NCBI RefSeq assembly: GCF_001194135.2
Contig: NC_068983.1
Coordinates: 11,579,035-11,643,034, forward strand
DNA length: 64,000 bases
Direction of reading: 5' to 3'
Source of the DNA: Octopus bimaculoides
Lineage: Eukaryota
A program made the translations under genes and the position numbers. Below are positions 40,166 through 53,900 of the stretch, in pieces (position 1 is the stretch's first letter; every line of letters begins with the position of its first letter). Below the pieces are notes generated by a model that was not told the DNA's origin, made no database searches, and worked only from the letters and a program-made list of their open reading frames with translations.

Positions 40166-42085
40166 CTGGTAACAATGGAAACAGCATTTACATTACATCA
40201 AAATTAAAAGTTATCAATAAACCAAACAAACATTGATGCTGGGAGAATACATAAACAGTTGAAATAGAAAAAAATTTGGAAGTAAAATTGGTTTCATACA
40301 AAATAGAAGTTACACACATATATAAAGATTATTCATTCATGGTATCAGAAATAGTTTATTTCAAATACATAAACACATCCAGAGTTCTAAAACCAAAGCA
40401 GAGGCAAAGATATTAATCTAAAACCTCATCATTTTAGCCACTCCAGATATGATTAGAATTTGAAGAATCCAAGACAAGGAGTTAAGTTGACTAAGACTGA
40501 TAAACTCTGAACCATGAAGTACAGATTCTGGTTGTCTGCTGCTGATCTAAGTTGAAAAATCATTAAAACAATAACATTGAAAGTTTTAAAAAATATATAT
40601 AAAGAATGTTTTCATGAAAATATATTAACAAACTAAAAGAAATTATTTCAAATACAAAATCATTATAAGATTAAGACTAAATCTAATTAAAAGGAGTGTA
40701 TTTTATTGAAGTAATTTATATTATATAAAGTACAATATTACTTTTTATGATCAAGAAAGGATTCTAAGGTTTTTGTACAAGCATGAGCATTAGAAAAATG
40801 CCACAACTTAACTTCTGAATACCCATGATTTCTTTTGCAATATTAACACCTAATGTCTCATTAAAGAGAAATTATGTTGTGTGACAATAATTTCCCAGTG
40901 AACTAACATACAGTCCTGTTAAGGTTTGTGTTTGAAATTTTTTTTTGCCTATTTCCAAAGAAAGCATGATTGTCATACTTTCAAGTATATCTAACAAAAA
41001 ATATCTAATTAAGAAACTATCATCAATGTACTTCATTGTTATCTAATTAAGAATTTGCTTTCTCTTCCTATTTTACCTCATTTAATTAGCGTTGATGAAA
41101 TATATCAAGCAATGATTGTGTGGAATATCTACTAGAAAACTTGATGCTTTTATGACCAATGGTAAAAAAGATACTGCATATCTTTCCAAAATGGATATAT
41201 GTTCATTATTATATTATATCACTTTATGTCATAAATAGCTAAGGATAAATAACTTATTGACAATTTTGGTTCCCCATAGATACTAATTTTATGACATTTT
41301 AAAATTCATAATGAGATACATAAAATGAGCATTTAAATAATCAAAATAATTTTATATGAAAATATTAATGCACACATTATGTATATATATATAACTAAAT
41401 TTATTCTTTATAATGTTCAAATATGAAAACCAAGGATGAATTTATTGGAATTCATTGATATAGTTCAACTAAAAGCAAATATCAATATTTAGTATATCTT
41501 TCAATAGTTCTCTCACAGATTGCCACAAAATATGGTTGTTGACATAAAGTATTCAGCTAACATATTATTTGAAACTATTTAGTTAAAATAATATCTAATA
41601 GTTATCAAATTTTGTCAACAAAGTTTTTTGGTTAAATTTTAATAAATCTTAAACCTGCAAAGTTTTCTAATTTTTTTTTTCAGTCATTCTTCGGATCACT
41701 TAATTTAGTTTGCATGACTTGCAGTTAGGGGAAGTCATTAGAACAAAAAATTTTTTTTGAAATTCTTTAGTCTGGAATTAGTACCAGAGAAAGTTACCAG
41801 TAAAACGTACTCTAAGAATAAAAAATATCAAGAATTAATTAAAAGCAAATGTAATAGTAAGAGAAAGACAGAAAGAAAATGTACATGTCCAGTTAAGAAA
41901 AGCAAATATATACATTAATAAATATAATTCCCAAAGAGATTGTTGAAGTTAAGAAGTGTAAGGACAGTGAATGTGAAAAAAAAAAAAAAAGGAAAGAAAA
42001 ACAAATGGAAAACAGTGATTTGTAAGATTGAGTGAAGAAATCTGTCATCAGTGCAAAAACAAAAGAAAATGATAAAATGATAGCG

Positions 42086-42325
42086 ATAAATATAACACAG
42101 GTTACAATGAGAGTAGTGAAAATATAACACAGGTGATAAAGAGAGTGGTAGGAATATAATAGTGGTGACATGGAGAGTGGTGTAAATATAACACAGGTGA
42201 CAAGAAGAATTGTGTGACGTAACACAGGTGACAAGGAGAGTGGTTAACACAGGTGACATGGAAAGTGAAGTAAATATAACACAGGTGACAAAGAAAATGG
42301 TGTAAATATAACACAAGTGATAAAG
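42086..42325. repeat. Degenerate minisatellite of about 32 bp, about 8 units, core (AATA)TAACACAGGTGAC
   Basis: The core recurs near 42090, 42121, 42153, 42185, 42220, 42245, 42275 and 42305. Confidence 0.85.
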
Positions 42326-45300
42326 AGGGCAGATATAATGTGTGAGGTAAACAGTTAAAAAGAAATAACAAGAATAAATTGAAAAAAAACACCCCAAAAT
42401 TACAAAAAGAAAACAACCCAGTGAAATGAAATACAAACTGCCAGTGAGAGAAAGCAGTCAGGAATTTATTAATATGATCAAACATTAAGGTTAGAGTTAT
42501 GCTACACTAACAGATTAAATTTAATTTCAATAAAATCATTTAAAGTTTTGCAGAAGTCCCTGAACGTTTATATATTATTTCAGGTTGATTCTAACTTATA
42601 TTAGAATGGTTGGCTACTCAGTCCTTTTAGTGAATTTTAAACTCATTTGGCTATCAATTAGATTGAATGAAGAGTACCAAGAAATCTAACTATCACTGAG
42701 AGTCAAAGAGACTTCAGCATTAAAAGCAACACTATGAAGGCAGCATATGATGTTTGTGGATATATAACAGCAAGATATAAAGCTCTGAATGAATATATGT
42801 AATAATTTAATGAAATAATGATAGAAAATAAATTTATTGATACAAAAGGCATTAGGAGAATATGCTATGCTCATTGAAACAGAAAAAAAAAACCTATGTA
42901 GCTTTAGAAGCTTAAACATAAGTAATTCTAAAAAAAAAAAAAAAATGCTTAGAAAGAGATGGTCTCTGTCTAAAGATTTCTGCTGCTCTTTAAGTGTTAA
43001 GAATATGTAGGAAGTAAGGGTACAAAAAAAAAAAGAAAAAAAAAAAGAAAACTATTATTCTAACAAAATTGTCTCAGGAAGAAAACAGGATGTTTTGCTG
43101 AATAAAACTAAAATGTCAAAAGCCATCTTATTCACAGAATCCACCTGACATTATATTTTTAATTGGAAGACTATATCTAACTGCAGGTTCATTTCTTGTG
43201 CATGTAGTTGAATGTAAAAGTTGAACAGAAATGAAACAAAAGAAGCCATTCAAGCAGAGATAGCAGTGCATACATGCTAATTTGAAAATGATAGTGCAAT
43301 ATAATTAAGATAACTTTATGTTGACAGTAAATGAAAATGACGGTGTGTTTATAGTGGCATTAAACTGAAGGTGTGCTTGTAATGTTAATAAAACAGTCCA
43401 GCTTTTGTGGTATTGCAATAAAAACATACATTGTTTGTTTCCATAGATTTTGAAAATAGTTAACAGGAGCAGGCATGGCAGTGTGGTTAAAAAGTTCATT
43501 TTGTAACCATGTGATCCCACTGCACAGTACCTCAAGTGAGTGCCTTATAGGCTAACCTCAGGCTGACTATTGCCTTCTGAGTTTAATTTGGTAGATGGAA
43601 ACTGCCTGGAAGCTATATATGTTACTAAAAGGAGGTAGCTCTAATATAGAATAACTTAACTCTGAAGAGATCAATAAAATAAGCCACAGACTAATTATCG
43701 GGTCAATGCAGCTGACTAAATCATTGTAAGCATGGTTGCAATTAAGATGAAATAAAGAAAATAAGCTAAGTATAGTTCATGTGTGAAAGACTGTACCTCA
43801 ATAGCCTTACTTCAGGTGATGATAGTGAAAGAATGAAGAGAAACATGATGGTGACTAGTCATGATGATAAACTACATTTTTATATTACTTCACTCATGAA
43901 TGGCAGTTTATCAGAAGCATTTTTCAGGTTTCTACATTTATTCAACTATCATATTTTTTAAGTACTAAATTACAACAATAGACAATTTCTTTATATTTAA
44001 TTTCTATAAACCATCAGCTAATGAAAACTTCAACCAATATTTTTCAAAGATATGAAGGAAGAAAGCCTACTTTAAAACTGTTTTCTTTAAATACAAATTA
44101 TATTCTTTTTATATCAAGCATTGTTTTTATTCTCTAAAAGTCCTGACCAATTTGTTTTTCCCAAACTATTTTTTGTTGGGCAATCTAAGGAAAAAAGAGA
44201 AAGTCTACAGAGGGCCATGCAGTCTACAAAATGGGAGGATAGAAATTAGTGAGCAATGTAACTGTACTCAGCATTCAACTTGAGTTAATTTACAAACTGG
44301 AAGTGAAAATATGATTAATAAAGAATTCCAGGTAATTCTGATCTGGAGAAAGATTGGGAAAATGCATAGTATATAGTACAGGGAAGTGAATTCAGAAAGT
44401 CTTTTGTGATGAAACGAAATGAGCTAAGGTACTGGTGAAGATTGAGAAACATGTTCAGAGAAGCAAGATTGTTGCTATAGTGGTAGAAAATATAAAAAAT
44501 GTAATATTGTTCAATTGAAGACAGTACATGTAAGGTGTTGATCAGTATACTTCATCATTATTATTTAAGGTATGTGTGTATGTGTGTGTTTATGTCTCCA
44601 TGTATGTGTGTGTGTGTCTGTTAATGCATGCATATGTCTCAGCAGGTATGCATTTGAGTATCATATAAATATGTAAATGATGCTTTAGAGTAGGAAATAT
44701 TTAATTCTGTAAAGGTTGTTGACCAACCAGCACCAAAGTATTTATTTCTGAAGAAGAAACTCAATCTCTTGCATGCAATCTTAGCCACAGAAAGGATTTG
44801 AGATCCTCATGGAAAAATTATTGAAGATTGTTTGAGATGGTAGATCTAACACTGAGTCACATAGTTCTGGTGGGAAGTGAGTGAGAGGTTTTGTGGCTGT
44901 TAATGTTTTGGTACTGTTTTAGGATACTAAATTGTTAAGTTACTGTTTCAGAATATTTTCATGAAGAACATGCAAGTTAGGTGAGAAACATTGATTTAAT
45001 TCATGGATAAAGATTGGATTGAAGTTGCACTAAAGGAGTGTGAGCCGTATCACTTGTATAAGAGTAAACATTATTGGAGGTGGCGGTGAGATGGTCATTA
45101 ATGGAGCACAGGAAAAGAATTGGAATAATGACTGAGGCATATGAAACAGCTAAATAGAATGGGGATTACAGAAAACCTGACAATGAAGCAATTTTCCAGG
45201 AAACTTCTATTCAGATTTAAATCATAGAAAATCTAGAGGTAGTAAACCTTGCCAGAAGGTCCTTATAACAACCATACTAGAAAGGTTTCCTTGTGAAAAC

Positions 45301-45732
45301 ATTGCTGATGCCCTCAATATGAGAGTTTTTATGAGAAAAGGGCCACTGGTACATGTAGGTCCTAAGTATCTGGCTTTGTGGCACCATTTACTAATAGTTC
45401 ACACCTCAAGGATAATTTCTAATGTCTGCAGTAATTAAGTTAATTTTTTAAAGAGATGTTTTGATATTCCTCATTGGAAAATAGTCTTACAAATAACTGA
45501 ATTATACCTATTTTAATTTATTGAGAAATTAGAGATCAATAAGAAACTGAAGAAACAACAAACTGTAACTGATAGGACATGCTTTCATCATACATTGTAT
45601 GTTAAATAAAATCTATACCTTTCCAACTATTTTACATACTACAATATTTATACTTAATATAGTATTAACACACACGACCACGCCACCTCACTATATGTTT
45701 ATCAATCCATATTCATCTTAAAACAAAATTTA

Positions 45733-46259
45733 CGTGGAAGAGGTAGGCCCAGGAAGACCTGGGCTGAGGTGGTGAGGCAAGACCTTCGTACATTGGGCCT
45801 CACCGAGGCGATGACTACGGACCGAGACCTTTGGAAATGGGCTGTGCGTGAGAAGACCCGGCAAGCCAAGTAAGATCGTTGCCAGTGCCCCTGGACTGGT
45901 TCTTGTGCGGGTGGCACATGAGATGCACCATTTTGAGCGTGGCCGTTGCCAGTACCGCCTGACTGGCTCCTGTAGGATTTTCGAGCGAGATCGTTGCCAG
46001 TGCCCCTGGACTGGCTTGTGCGGGTGGCACATAAAAGACACCATTTCGAGCGTGGCCGTTTTCGTGCGGGTGACACGTAAAAGCACCCACTACACTCTCT
46101 GAGTGGTTGGCGTTAGGAAGGGCATCCAGCTGTAGAAACTCTGCCAAATCAGACTGGAGCCTGGTGTTGCCATCCGGTTTCACCAGTCCTCAGTCAAATC
46201 GTCCAACCCATGCTAGCATGGAAAGCGGACGTTAAACGATGATGATGATGATGATGATG
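45733..46259 (+). mobile_element. Young 5'-truncated RTE-clade LINE 3' end
   Basis: 45733-45873 encodes RGRGRPRKTWAEVVRQDLRTLGLTEAMTTDRDLWKWAVREKTRQAK*, a typical RTE ORF C-terminus. The 3' UTR has an internal duplication of about 115 bp (45874/45989) and a (GAT)n tail. Confidence 0.9.
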
Positions 46260-47593
46260 GATACTGAATTTTAACTAAATGAAATCAATAGAATTTCACT
46301 CTCTTCAAGAAAATGCATTCACATATAACATTTAATAGTTATCTAGTTGTATAAGCTGATGGATTAGTTTTATAGTTATGGAATTAATTCTATGTCAAAA
46401 AGAAAAATGGTACAATTAGTATGTGATAAAATGTTATATTTAAATGTTTTACAAATACATGCATGACACTGGAATTTTTATGAGGCAGTCACAAATAATA
46501 CAGATGAAGGTTACAGTATAGTTGATAGAATCATGCTAACAGCAGGTCTTGAGAACTGTCCCAATTGGATAATGAGAAATGTCATTTCATTATGAAACAA
46601 TATTGCANNNNNNNNNNNNNNNNNNNNNNNNNNNNNNNNNNNNNNNNNNNNNNNNNNNNNNNNNNTATATGTATGTATGTATGTATATGTGTGTGTATGT
46701 ATATAGTAATTTGGTAATTAAATTGATTTACAACAATAAAAAAAAAAAACAACACCACACTAACTATTCTGAATCTAACTATATCTCACCTTTCTGACTC
46801 CAATAGAAAGCAGCTAAATAAAAGAAGAGATGGTTACTCAATTGAGAAAATTATACAATACTGATAAATGGTAACTAAAAATAAATGGAACAGATTAAAG
46901 GCTTTATAGATAACTAGAACATTTTATTTATGAACATTAAAAAAAAATACAGTGTACCAATGTATATTTATATGCTTTAAACAGGTCTTGCAGTGGGAAG
47001 GTAACTTAGGGAATATGTCCAAATTTTGGCACCATGGCACATATATTGGACTTACTATAAAATGTATGGCATGTGTACTGTATGTGTTTGCATGAATGGA
47101 TATATAAATATAAACATTCAGTTTTTAGAAAACTGTCAACAAGAATATTACAAAATATTATTTCAACTCTTACAAAACACTGCAAATACATATTAAACTT
47201 GTATTATATATTATAATGGATTTAACTATCTCATTTCAATTTTTAAATTTATATTTGTTACTATATTTTAAATATTCAGTTTTTCACTAATTTATCACTC
47301 TTTTTATATTAAGACATTTTATTTATGATATGATTCTGTTATACTTTTAGAAAGTATACATTAAATTATCTTATGCTGAACACTCTTAAACATGCTATGA
47401 TAGCAATTCAATGGAAACATACTGAAATTACTTAAAGAAAGTCATACTAATTTAGATATTAATATTACACTTTTGAATAATATGAATATAATTACTGTAT
47501 CAATAAAACAATATTTCATTTTTGTATTTGATTTGCAAGGTTCTTGATGTGAACTTGCGTGAGACAGGTTTTGTAGTATTTTAGAAGGGTTGT

Positions 47594-48104
47594 TATACCA
47601 ATTATAATCATGCACATTGGTTCATTTCAATTCTTTATTTGTCAATTGGTTAGCTATTTAACCACCTAACTAATCAATTGTTTGATTAATGATTTGGGTA
47701 ATCAATCAATCAGGTGTGTTTGCCAAAATTCTTTCAACACCATTATTTGAGGCCTCTTCAATGACATACCCTTTCTACTCCAGATCACCTTTAGGTCCGT
47801 CCAGCTTTTAGTATTAGTTTTAGTTTTAAAATATTTATGCAGTTGAATAGATGTGAGAAGGAATGGGGGGGATGTATGTGAGGAGAGGAGGGAGAAGCAG
47901 GAGAATGAAAGGGAGGAGACAGACCTGAAGTTGACATTGAAGTGGTTGTGAATGGTGATGAAAGGACTTTGGCAATCGCACCTGATTGATTGATTAACCG
48001 AATGATTAATCAAATGATCGATTAGTTAGTTAAATAGCAAACTAACTGATGAATAATAATAAAGAAGTGAAATTGAATTAGTGCATGTGCTTATTATTGG
48101 TGTA
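47594..48104. mobile_element. MITE/fold-back element with long imperfect terminal inverted repeats and a possible TA target duplication
   Basis: 47596-47716 (taccaattataa...gtaatcaatcaatcaggtg) is an imperfect reverse complement of about 47980-48102 (cacctgattgattgatt...ttattattggtg). TA at 47594-47595 and 48103-48104. Confidence 0.7.
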
Positions 48105-50125
48105 ATTATCCCTTTGAGATACAATAAATAAAATAAATTTGGTGTAAATAGTTCTTTACAAAATTATTTAACATTATTCGTATAATATTATTTGTATAAA
48201 TGCAACAAAATCTGAGAATATGTAGGAACATCCATTTTCCTGTTAGATATTTGTCATGAAAAATATGAGAAATGAATAAGGTAAACTGATCATATAAAAA
48301 AATAGAATTTAGGTAAAACATTTAATTTAATTTTTAAGCAATTTTATCTTCAGTTTATATAAAGGGAACAAGATGGTTTTTCAGATTTTGAATTAATGTC
48401 ACAACCACATGTTATCAATTATTGTTTACAAACTAGTTATGATAATAAGCAAGTTATTTCTTATCTGAATACGAAACTGTCAACTAGAAACAAATTAGGT
48501 TTCTTTGTAATATTATGAAATCAAAACCTCAGCAATAGTAACATGGTGATATTTGCTAGTAAGAATTAATCTGATGAAAAAAAATTATTTTTACAAAAGA
48601 TTGATGATTGTAAATTTACTATGATTTCAATAATTTTTCTTTGTGCAGTATATAAAGATATTTGAAAATGAAAAATATACTTTAAGCATCTCTAAATATT
48701 ATTTCTGGTCTGTCTTTAGTTCCTTCTGTTTGTATTGTACAAGTGCTAAGTTGAAATGGCTTCAGCTGGACACTGGAACTAAGTTACATAATTCAACTAG
48801 CATACTACTATGGCAAGAGTTCTCTTCCATGGATCTGCTTTTACTTTAGGTGTTCAGCTAATTACAGAAAAAATATATTTGTACTTATGTGTTTAAGAAT
48901 GTAACGAAGGATAATTTAAGAAAAGAAAAATACTGGAGTCTTGTAGCCAGTAAACCTCATGGTGTTCAAAATATATCATTCTTTCTTAGTTATATACATT
49001 CTAAATGGTATCTTTGATAGTAGTATTATCAATAGTTTCATTTTCAAGACAGATAGTTATACACAATGTAAAACTGATTAAATAGAACATCTTCACATTT
49101 CACTACAATATTAAAATGAATTCCATTTTGCTATAGCTGCATGGGACTGGATGTGAAGTTGGGAGTTAAGTCTCTGAGTTAATTTCACTTTCAAATCTCA
49201 TCTTTTCTTTTATCTTTCTCACTTGACAGCTGTCCCCATGCCCCTCTTAATTAGTTTCTCATTAAACCTATATTCTCATAAACACTGATGTATACTACAC
49301 TATTCACCAATCATCTGATGAGAAAAACATGTCCTTGCATCAAGAATTTCAAAAACATCCATGTTATTCTATACACCTACAATATTAGTATAGCACAAGT
49401 CATTGATTATCCGAAACAGCTGTAAAGATAAAACTTGATTACATCATTTATTTAAAAAAAATTTATATATGCAACTTTCCATGTAAATATACACCTTACA
49501 CATACTTTTGTTTATTTGGCTTTGTTACTTCTCTTTCTCTCTACACACACACATATACATATGTACACACACACATGCATGCATATATACACACACATAC
49601 ACACATATATATTATCAAACAGACTCTAAAGAGGCTGGTATTGGTCTGCTTTGGCAAAACTTATATTGTGTAGTAAAACTCTGCTATCTCTCATTAATTT
49701 CTCCTTTCAACTTTTACCTGAGACAGTCTCAGTTTGAAATGTTGGATTTTTCACTCCTCACAGTAAAGTCACTGTACTCTTTCTATCAATTTTGAACATA
49801 TATACCTATGTACATATATATTTTTATATACAGACATAAACGTATGTATAGGTACACACACACATTATATTCACATATATATACTTATATGTTCGTAATA
49901 ATCAAAGTGAATCACTGACCAGTGAAATGCATCGCACTTAAGTGGCCTTATGAGAGGGGAGAGGGGCAAGCAAGCGAGTAAGTAATACCTCAGGTGACTG
50001 GCAAGGCTACTTGAGTGTAACACCAGTCCATCTTTGTGGTTGTGGGGCCATGATCCTATTCTTCCTCATCTTGTTCCCTATCCCCATCTAGCCTTGTACC
50101 TCTCAGATATTTAAATCAGATATTT

Positions 50126-50358
50126 AAGGTGGCGAGCTGGCAGAAACGTTAGCATGCCGGGCAAAATGCTTAGCGGTATTTCGTCTGCCGTTACGTTCTG
50201 AGTTCAAATTCCGCAGAGGTTGACTTTGCCTTTCATCCTTTCAGGGTCGATAAATTAAGTACCAGTTACGCACTGGGGTCGATGTAATCGACTTAATCCT
50301 TTTGTCTGTCCTTGTTTGTCCCCTCTATGTTTAGCCCCTTGTGGGCAATAAACAAATA
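50126..50358 (+). mobile_element. tRNA-derived SINE with a Meta/Sauria-SINE-like core and TSD
   Basis: Head ggtggcgagctggcagaa, B-box gagttcaaattcc, core ggttgactttgcctttcatcctttcagggtcgataaattaagtaccag. agatatttaaatc occurs at 50105-50117 and 50359-50371. Superfamily assignment is from memory. Confidence 0.75.
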
Positions 50359-50661
50359 AGATATTTAAATCTGGTTACTGAATGTCTGAATTGTATTTCT
50401 TGCTTTTCTGCCTGAGGATGTGTTTGCTTTTGCATGCTTCCTTCATGAGGTGCATCTATGGAGTGCATCTATAGTGTGATATCATGTGTTACTGAATACT
50501 GAAACACATGAAGCATGAAATAAAGGAGTACCAAGTTCAAGCCCATGTTTTTTTTTGCCTCTCATTATTGATGTGCTCTTATATCATGTTATAGCCCACA
50601 CCAGAATGTGAAAGACTCTATTTGAATACGCAACAGTGAGAGTTTATCACAATTAACAATC

Positions 50662-50953
50662 ATCATCATCATCATCATCATCGTTTAACGTCCGCTTTCC
50701 ATGCTAGCATGGGTTGGACGATTTGACTGAGGACTGGTGGAGCCCGAAGGCTACACCAGGCTCCAATCTGATTTGGCAGAGTTTCTACAGCTGGATGCCC
50801 TTCCTAACGCCAACCACTCCGAGAGTGTAGTAGGTGCTTTTATGTGTCACCCGCACGAAGGGCAGTCAGGCGATACTGGCAACGGCCACGCTCAAAATGG
50901 TGTATTTTATGTGCCACCCGCACAAGAGCCAGTCCAGGGGCACTGGCAACGAT
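50662..50953 (-). mobile_element. RTE-LINE 3' UTR fragment, reverse orientation
   Basis: Reverse complement closely matches about 45874-46259, including the (cat)n tail. Confidence 0.9.
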
Positions 50954-51189
50954 AAGAACTAAAAACCGAATAGAATAATTGTCAGGGGCTGAATACATCC
51001 AATCATTAATACAACCCCCCCCCCCACACACACACATACAAGTATACATAGGTGTAGGTGTGATTGATAGCTTGCTTCCCAATGTGGTCCCATGTTCAGT
51101 CCCACAATGCAGCACCCTGAGCAAGTATCTTCTACTATAGCCCAAAGACAACAAAAGCTTTGTAAGTGAATGATGGTGATGGTGATGAT

Positions 51190-51470
51190 GATGATAATGA
51201 TATATATGCATATATATATGCACACACACACACAATTATATATACATACCTATACATATTTTTATATATACATGTATACATACAAACATACATAGAACAT
51301 GCATACACACGTGTGAATATACATGTACATACATAAACACAGACATATTGACATACACATATAAAGAGACACACACACACACATATATATATATATGCAC
51401 ACACACACACACATATATGTACATACACACACATACATATACATATATATATATCCACAAAATATGCACA
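51190..51470. repeat. Compound AT/AC microsatellite
   Basis: Simple repeats producing the VCVY/HTHT pseudo-ORFs. Confidence 0.9.
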
Positions 51471-51485
51471 CATACAATGAAAGAA

Positions 51486-53290
51486 GAAAACCATTTGGTG
51501 AGCATGATTCCTCTATCTTTCTCAACCAGTCATCTGCTTGTTTCTGCAAACTTGATACACTACCTCTATTAGCAAGGGAGGCATCGAGGCATCATATCGC
51601 TTTCCCTCTCTCCTCCTGGGAGTGTATAATCTGAATCAGAACTTCTTTGGTTTAAACTTCATTCTGCCACATCATCAATTCCTTCAGAATTCACCTTGGA
51701 TTAATGTTGGTTAGATCATCCAGGGTCCTCTCAATGGTGGTGGGGCAAATGCTATGGTCTGTTATCACCTTCTGGATTCCTTCCGTATGACTCTTGTGAA
51801 CAAATTAATCAGCATGATAAACAGCAGAATGGGGAAGGTAAGACAACCAGTAACAATGTCCTTTACCAGGTTCTGCTACTGAATTGTTAAATGAGCAGTC
51901 TTGGACTTTGTCTTGAATCCTTTAAAGTAGCAGGCAACAAGTTCTATGATGTGGTTGAGAATGTAGTAGCATTCCAAAGCTGCAGTGGTGCAATCATGAA
52001 AGATTGGGTCATGCACATCAGTCAACTTGAGCCAGACTGTTAGTTTTTCTGTCTTTGACCTCTTGGATGAATTACTTAAGTATTGCTCTGTTTCAAACAC
52101 TCAGAGAAGCTTAGAATGTAAACTTTCTGGATAAATTTATCCAAATATTTGTTTTCCAAGAGACTGCTCATAATCCTGTTGACTTGGAACTGAGAAGAAT
52201 ACTTTGTCTTCAACACTAAAGAGAGAAATGGTTTGGAACTGGATAATCTCAGAGGAATCTGCTTTCTTTGGTGTGTAGCAGCAACTTCCATATCCTAAAG
52301 GATACCATTTGTACAGCACTTGCACATCTTTCAATGGAAAGATCTTGGACATCTTTCTGTGCAGGTTCCTTAGTATTGAGTACTTCTTTAGGAACTCCCA
52401 CTCAGCTAACCTTTGGATGTGCACTTAACATCTATCCCCTAAGACTCTCCTTGAGGAAATCTTCCACAATTTCCTTAGAACTGAACAGTCTTCCAGTCTT
52501 GCTTCTCCTAACAAAGTTTAGATAACTTTGTACAAGTTCTCCATGAACCAAGCCCACTTAGCTTTCTTCTCCTTCCCCAGCCTCTGAGAACTTTTTAACT
52601 TTCTTAGTCCTGAAGCCTTCTGACCAAGATTTCTATACCTTCTTTTACCTCAATACTTTTTCTCTTTTAAATTGCTTGTTGCAAGTTTTAATTTCTCTCC
52701 TCAATTTCAAAATCTTTCACCATCTTGTCAAGCAGTTTCACAGTGCTCTAATAATTCCCTGTCTCTCCTGGGAGTCAAAGTGTCCTTTGACACATTGAAG
52801 AAAATCATTGCCAAACATTCAATTCCACTTTTGACAAGTCATTTTGTGGCCTCTAGAATTCTGTTAATGTCCCAGTTTACTATACTTAATTTTGTATTGC
52901 CATTAACTATTATCATTTCACTCTCTTCCATGATGCTTTAGAATAGTTTCACCTGTGGATTTAGAGTGGAACAACTGCTGAGAGGTCACCTGTGTTGTTG
53001 GGTACTTTTTGTCTGAAGTCCTTTGCATCTTAAACATGGTTGAATGATTCAATAGATATGTGGCTCAATTCTCAGAGGTGATTTTGTCCATCTTTTCTGT
53101 CTTATGGTGAGCTTATGAATGTACTTAAATCCTAACCCTGTGTTTGATTTTTTTAGATTCTCCAAAACTTTCTCAACTGTCATTTCCCCACTCAAAAGGT
53201 TAAGTGCAGGCTTTGCATTTTCAAAGATTTGTAAAATAAGGTATCCTTTACTTACAAGACAGTTGAGCATCTGGCTGTAAAACAATGCTT
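51486..53290 (-). mobile_element. Degenerate HERO/R2-superfamily non-LTR retrotransposon relic (pre-RT region plus RT)
   Basis: Ordered motifs across frameshifts: PKKADSSEIIQFQTISLFSVEDKVFFSV; ENKYLDKFIQK; ALECYYILNHIIELVACYFKGF; QNLVKDIVTGCLTFPILLFIMLINL; LDDLT; QADDWLRKIEESCSP. They resemble the HERO RT consensus (QFRTISLLNVEGKIFFS, GIVTGC.ISP.LF, FMDD). Confidence 0.65.
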
Positions 53291-53439
53291 CAAAGAATAT
53301 TCATCTAACCCATGCTAGCTTGGAAAAAAATGGATGTAAAAAATGAATGAAGCTCCACTGATTAGTAAAATAATTAATTTAAATGAAATGCAGTTCAACT
53401 TTGAGCCAGAAAGATATATTACTGGTGCCCTCTCCTGAC

Positions 53440-53900
53440 TGAGACAACAGTAGGGGAAGAACTTCACTAGGAAAGACACTATCTTGAGCATTTAGTTGAT
53501 GTAGAGAAAGCTTTTGACAGGATTTCACACTCTCTACACCAGGCCTTCAAGGAATTAGGATAGATGGAATATCTTGTGGAGGTTGTACAAATCCTATACA
53601 GAAAGGCAACTAGCAATGTGAGAATTAGAAAGGAGGCCAGCAAGGAATTTTGTGTACATATAAAGGTTTATCAGGGTTCTGTTTACAGCTTCCTCTTGTT
53701 TAAAGTAGTCCTCTGGATCATAAAAGTTTAAGAACAGCTGCACTCAGGAAAACCCACATGCGGATAACCTAGTTCTTATGGCAGAATCTGTAGAAAATTT
53801 GAAGGAGAAATTCTAACCATAGAAATAACTCATAGAATTGAGAAGCCTCAAAGAAAAATTAGCAAACACACAAGTTGTAGTAAGTAAGAAAAAAGACAAG
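53440..53900 (+). mobile_element. Degenerate RTE-clade RT fragment
   Basis: LVDVEKAFDRISH, V.QGSV and ADNLVLMAES (YADD-like) motifs, with frameshifts. Confidence 0.7.

Noticed and set aside
41893-42485. Repeat array considered as CRISPR-like; overlapping ORFs of 113-173 aa
   Set aside because: Eukaryotic intron; units are degenerate and the spacers are mutually related, with no cas genes. It is a minisatellite.
45702-46183. Several GC-rich ORFs of 84-124 aa
   Set aside because: Alternative frames of the RTE 3' end and its internal duplication, not host genes.
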